From Lytechinus pictus (taxonomy: Eukaryota), in assembly GCF_037042905.1 (NCBI RefSeq), contig NC_087251.1, forward strand, positions 3,660,001-3,724,000: a DNA stretch of 64,000 nucleotides, written 5' to 3'. Under the pieces are notes generated by a model. It did no database searches. It worked only from the letters and a program-made list of their open reading frames with translations, and was not told the origin of the DNA. A program made the position numbers and the translations under genes. Shown here piece by piece: positions 61,137 through 64,000 of the stretch. Positions within the stretch are counted from its first letter, which is position 1, and the number at the start of each line of letters is the position of its first letter.

Positions 61137-62149
61137 TCCTGAGAGAAAAACAAGAATCATCTTCTGTCATGGTTTCTTCACATGTAGGCACCACTTTCGG
61201 TAACTAAAGAATTCCCTAATGTTCCAGGGGGGGGGGGGGCTCTCACTTATTCTAAAACTGCTTTGACAATGATGAAATAGGAGAATCAGAAGGTAAAAGA
61301 TGTTGAGTGACTTTGATTCCATCTGACATCAAACACCAAGAGCAACTCTGATTTTAATCTATTTTTAATTAAGGTACAATTTCTGATGAATTATCAGAAC
61401 TTGGCCTCAATAATGTTTTCGTCTAGACAACAAATTACAAGCTTACAATTACATTTAAATGAACATCATACAAAAAAATTCATCAAGTCTACATCAAAAA
61501 TGACAAAAAAGACTTAATGACTTAATAGGTTTCTCTACATCCATCTAGTGGGCTGACACTTTTCTCTTTGCCCTTTTTATTATGTCTTAAGGAGGTTTAA
61601 ATGTCCCTTAAAGTAAACCAAGTGCCTTTTATGAAAATCATCCATTTCCCATAATAGTCAATGGAATACTCACTTGAACCAAATGGAGAAATGAAATCAT
61701 CTCCTTCATCCTCTGACTGATATTCCAATCCCATTATTACACACCATAGAGCATAGCATACAATGAACTAACTAACATTCACTGGAAGTGATCTATCTCT
61801 CTCTCTCTCTTTTACAATACAGAATCTGGTTCTCAAGTTTTGTTTTTGCTAAATGCTGAAAAAAGCAGCATTGTGGTGTATCCTACATTGTGACGCATGA
61901 GAAATAGAAGCAAAATAGGAAATGAGTATGTGAGAGAAAGAGAGACCTGTTCAGATACAAACATCATGATTTATAGCAGTGATTTTTTCAGTTTAATTGA
62001 TGTCAAGCCCTTCACAACACCTTAATTCATATTTGTACATGTATAAGCCTAAAACACTGTCAGACAAAATGGCAAATTATTGCAGTACTGAGGCCTGTAT
62101 CAATGTTGTTCAGTAAGAATAGTAGTCAATGCATACAATTTCTATTTAA

Positions 62150-62565
62150 AGGGGAAGTTCTCCCTGATGAAAACTTTTGTTGTAAAAATAGAAGAAAAAA
62201 ATACAAAAATATTGGTGAGGGTTTGAGGAAAATCTAATAAAGATTAAACAAGTTATTAGAATTTCAAGTTTTTGATTTGTGACGTCCTAAATGAACAGCT
62301 GCCCAATATGTTATGTTTGTGTATTGATATACTGAAGGTAAAATAAAAACCATTCCAATTTTCTGAGAAAATGACATTTCATTGATTTTTACCTTACAAC
62401 ATGTAAGAAAGCTACCGGCATACATATGAAGTCACAAATCAAATAATTAAAAATTCTAGTAATAACGGGTTCATCCTTTGATTTTCCTCAAACCTTCTCC
62501 AATATTTTTTTTATTATTTTTTCTGCTATTTTTACAATAAACTTTTTGTCAGGTGAACTTCCCCT
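62150..62565. mobile_element. Kolobok/T2-type MITE
   Basis: TTAA flanks; AGGGGAAGTTCTCCCTGA / TCAGGTGAACTTCCCCT. Confidence 0.87.
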
Positions 62566-62620
62566 TTAAACAAGAGGTGCTTCTTTATCTACCAGTATGT
62601 CAAAAAAAGTGTTGCATTAA

Positions 62621-63570
62621 AGGGGTACTCAAGGCGGAAAATATCATTTGAACAGATTAGCGATCAGCGATTAGATGAAAATATCAGAATCAGACAAAAA
62701 ATGACTGGTATAACATTCTTAATTTGTGCATTATTTTGGTGAACAGTTCTATGCATGTACATGTATTCATGAATATTCTTTATTGCAATGAGCAAGCTGA
62801 TGATGTCATATCCCAACTTGTTTTTTTTTTGTTATGAAATCACATTTTGTCATCCAAGAATGAAAAAAAAATGAATTGACTACTGATTTTATGTCTAAGA
62901 AAATCATTGTTGTGAACTTTTTTGTTACAAGGGGAACAAATCTTGGATTATAAAAATACAAATTATGAATTCATGTAACAAATAGTAACAACACAAGAAA
63001 GGAAAGTGAGGACATGACCTCATCATCCCACCTTCTGCATATATTCATGATGGATTGATGGCATGCATATAATTGTACTCACAAAATATTGCTTAACTTC
63101 AAAATTCAATGACTGAAAATAAAAAATGGGCAAGGAATTTTATAACAAAGTTATGACATTTTCATTTTTTATATTAATTATTCAGTAAAATAGTTCTTGG
63201 TATGTCTCCATGAATTAGCAATGAGCGAGCTCATATCCCCACTTATTATTTTGAATTAATTGAAATCATATTTATTCAATTTTTTCCTCGAAGTCTGAAA
63301 AAATTGGATTGACAACTAATTTAACTAATATGTGAGATAATCATGCATGCAAACAAAATAAAAATTAAACAATAATTATTTGATTTCACAAAAAGGAAAG
63401 TGGGGATATGACATCAGCATGTGAACCCATTGCATGTTCATTGCACCGTGCATAAAGGCCTTGCTAAACCTTACATTGCAAAATAACTTTTTTGTTTTGT
63501 TGAAATTTTCAGCATTTTGCTCAGTGGTTTTTGCTCAATTTTAATTAATATCATTTTCAGCCAGAGTAAT
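62621..63570. mobile_element. Degenerate Kolobok/T2-type MITE, duplicated or nested, related to 59835-60365
   Basis: ttaa|aggggtactc left end; the internal block (aaagttatgaca...attgac.act.att...ggaaagtg.gga.atgac) occurs twice; eroded right end cagccagagta. Confidence 0.65.
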
Positions 63571-63696
63571 TAAGAGTTCTTTGCCTTATATGAATACCTT
63601 TCTTTAAAAAGGAATGGGTAGGAGTGAAATACTTATCAAATAAAAAGGGAACAAGAAAAAAAAAGTATTTAGCAATGCTATTCTTAATTTAGAATA

Positions 63697-64000
63697 AACA
63701 AGTGGAATGCCTCTGGCAGTCTCGTCTGCATTACACGATTCGATAGTGCTGACTTTGAAAACAGCTATTGTATAATTATTCACAAAAGAAAACATTCATA
63801 TGATAATAAAATTCTATGTCCATTGACCCAAAATGACCTTTGACTATGATCATGTGATCTAAGATGTGTGCAAAACAATCATTTATACTTGATTACTCTT
63901 ATGTCTGTTTCATGAACTAGATCCATAAACTTTCTAAGTTAGGATCATAAGATGCCAATTCAACAAACTATACCCCCAACATAAACATGTTCATTGACCC
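63697..64000 (-). mobile_element. Helentron-type element, second copy (runs off the window)
   Basis: aacaagtggaatgcctctggcagtctcgtctgcatta... homologous to 52535 onward. Confidence 0.75.

Overview
AT-rich, intron-rich animal genomic DNA. The repeat types and poly-G/C tracts suggest an invertebrate deuterostome such as a sea urchin, which is inference only. Three host genes can be read from splice sites. (1) The first coding exon of a CARD-domain protein (minus, 1496-1835) continues off the left edge. (2) A complete 10-coding-exon HYLS1 orthologue lies on the plus strand (13878-28342, 378 aa). (3) A complete 14-coding-exon TECPR2 orthologue lies on the minus strand (61136-37678, 1641 aa, ending in the LIR motif DDWELL), convergent with HYLS1. 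Introns and intergenic DNA are packed with mobile elements: TTAA-flanked Kolobok/T2-type MITEs (one carrying a 10 x ~230 bp satellite), hAT-like elements with 8-bp and 6-bp TSDs, Harbinger-like elements, a piggyBac-like MITE, Helentron-type non-autonomous elements, tRNA-derived SINEs, an intact-ORF 5'-truncated CR1/L2-group LINE, decayed pogo/CR1/Harbinger coding fragments, and mini/microsatellites. I cannot demonstrate a new biological system. The best leads are a promoter+donor+hairpin cassette shared by two unrelated DNA transposons, Harbinger-like elements with CAG...CTG rather than duplicated flanks, and satellite-carrying transposons. All coordinates were read by eye and no database searches were run.
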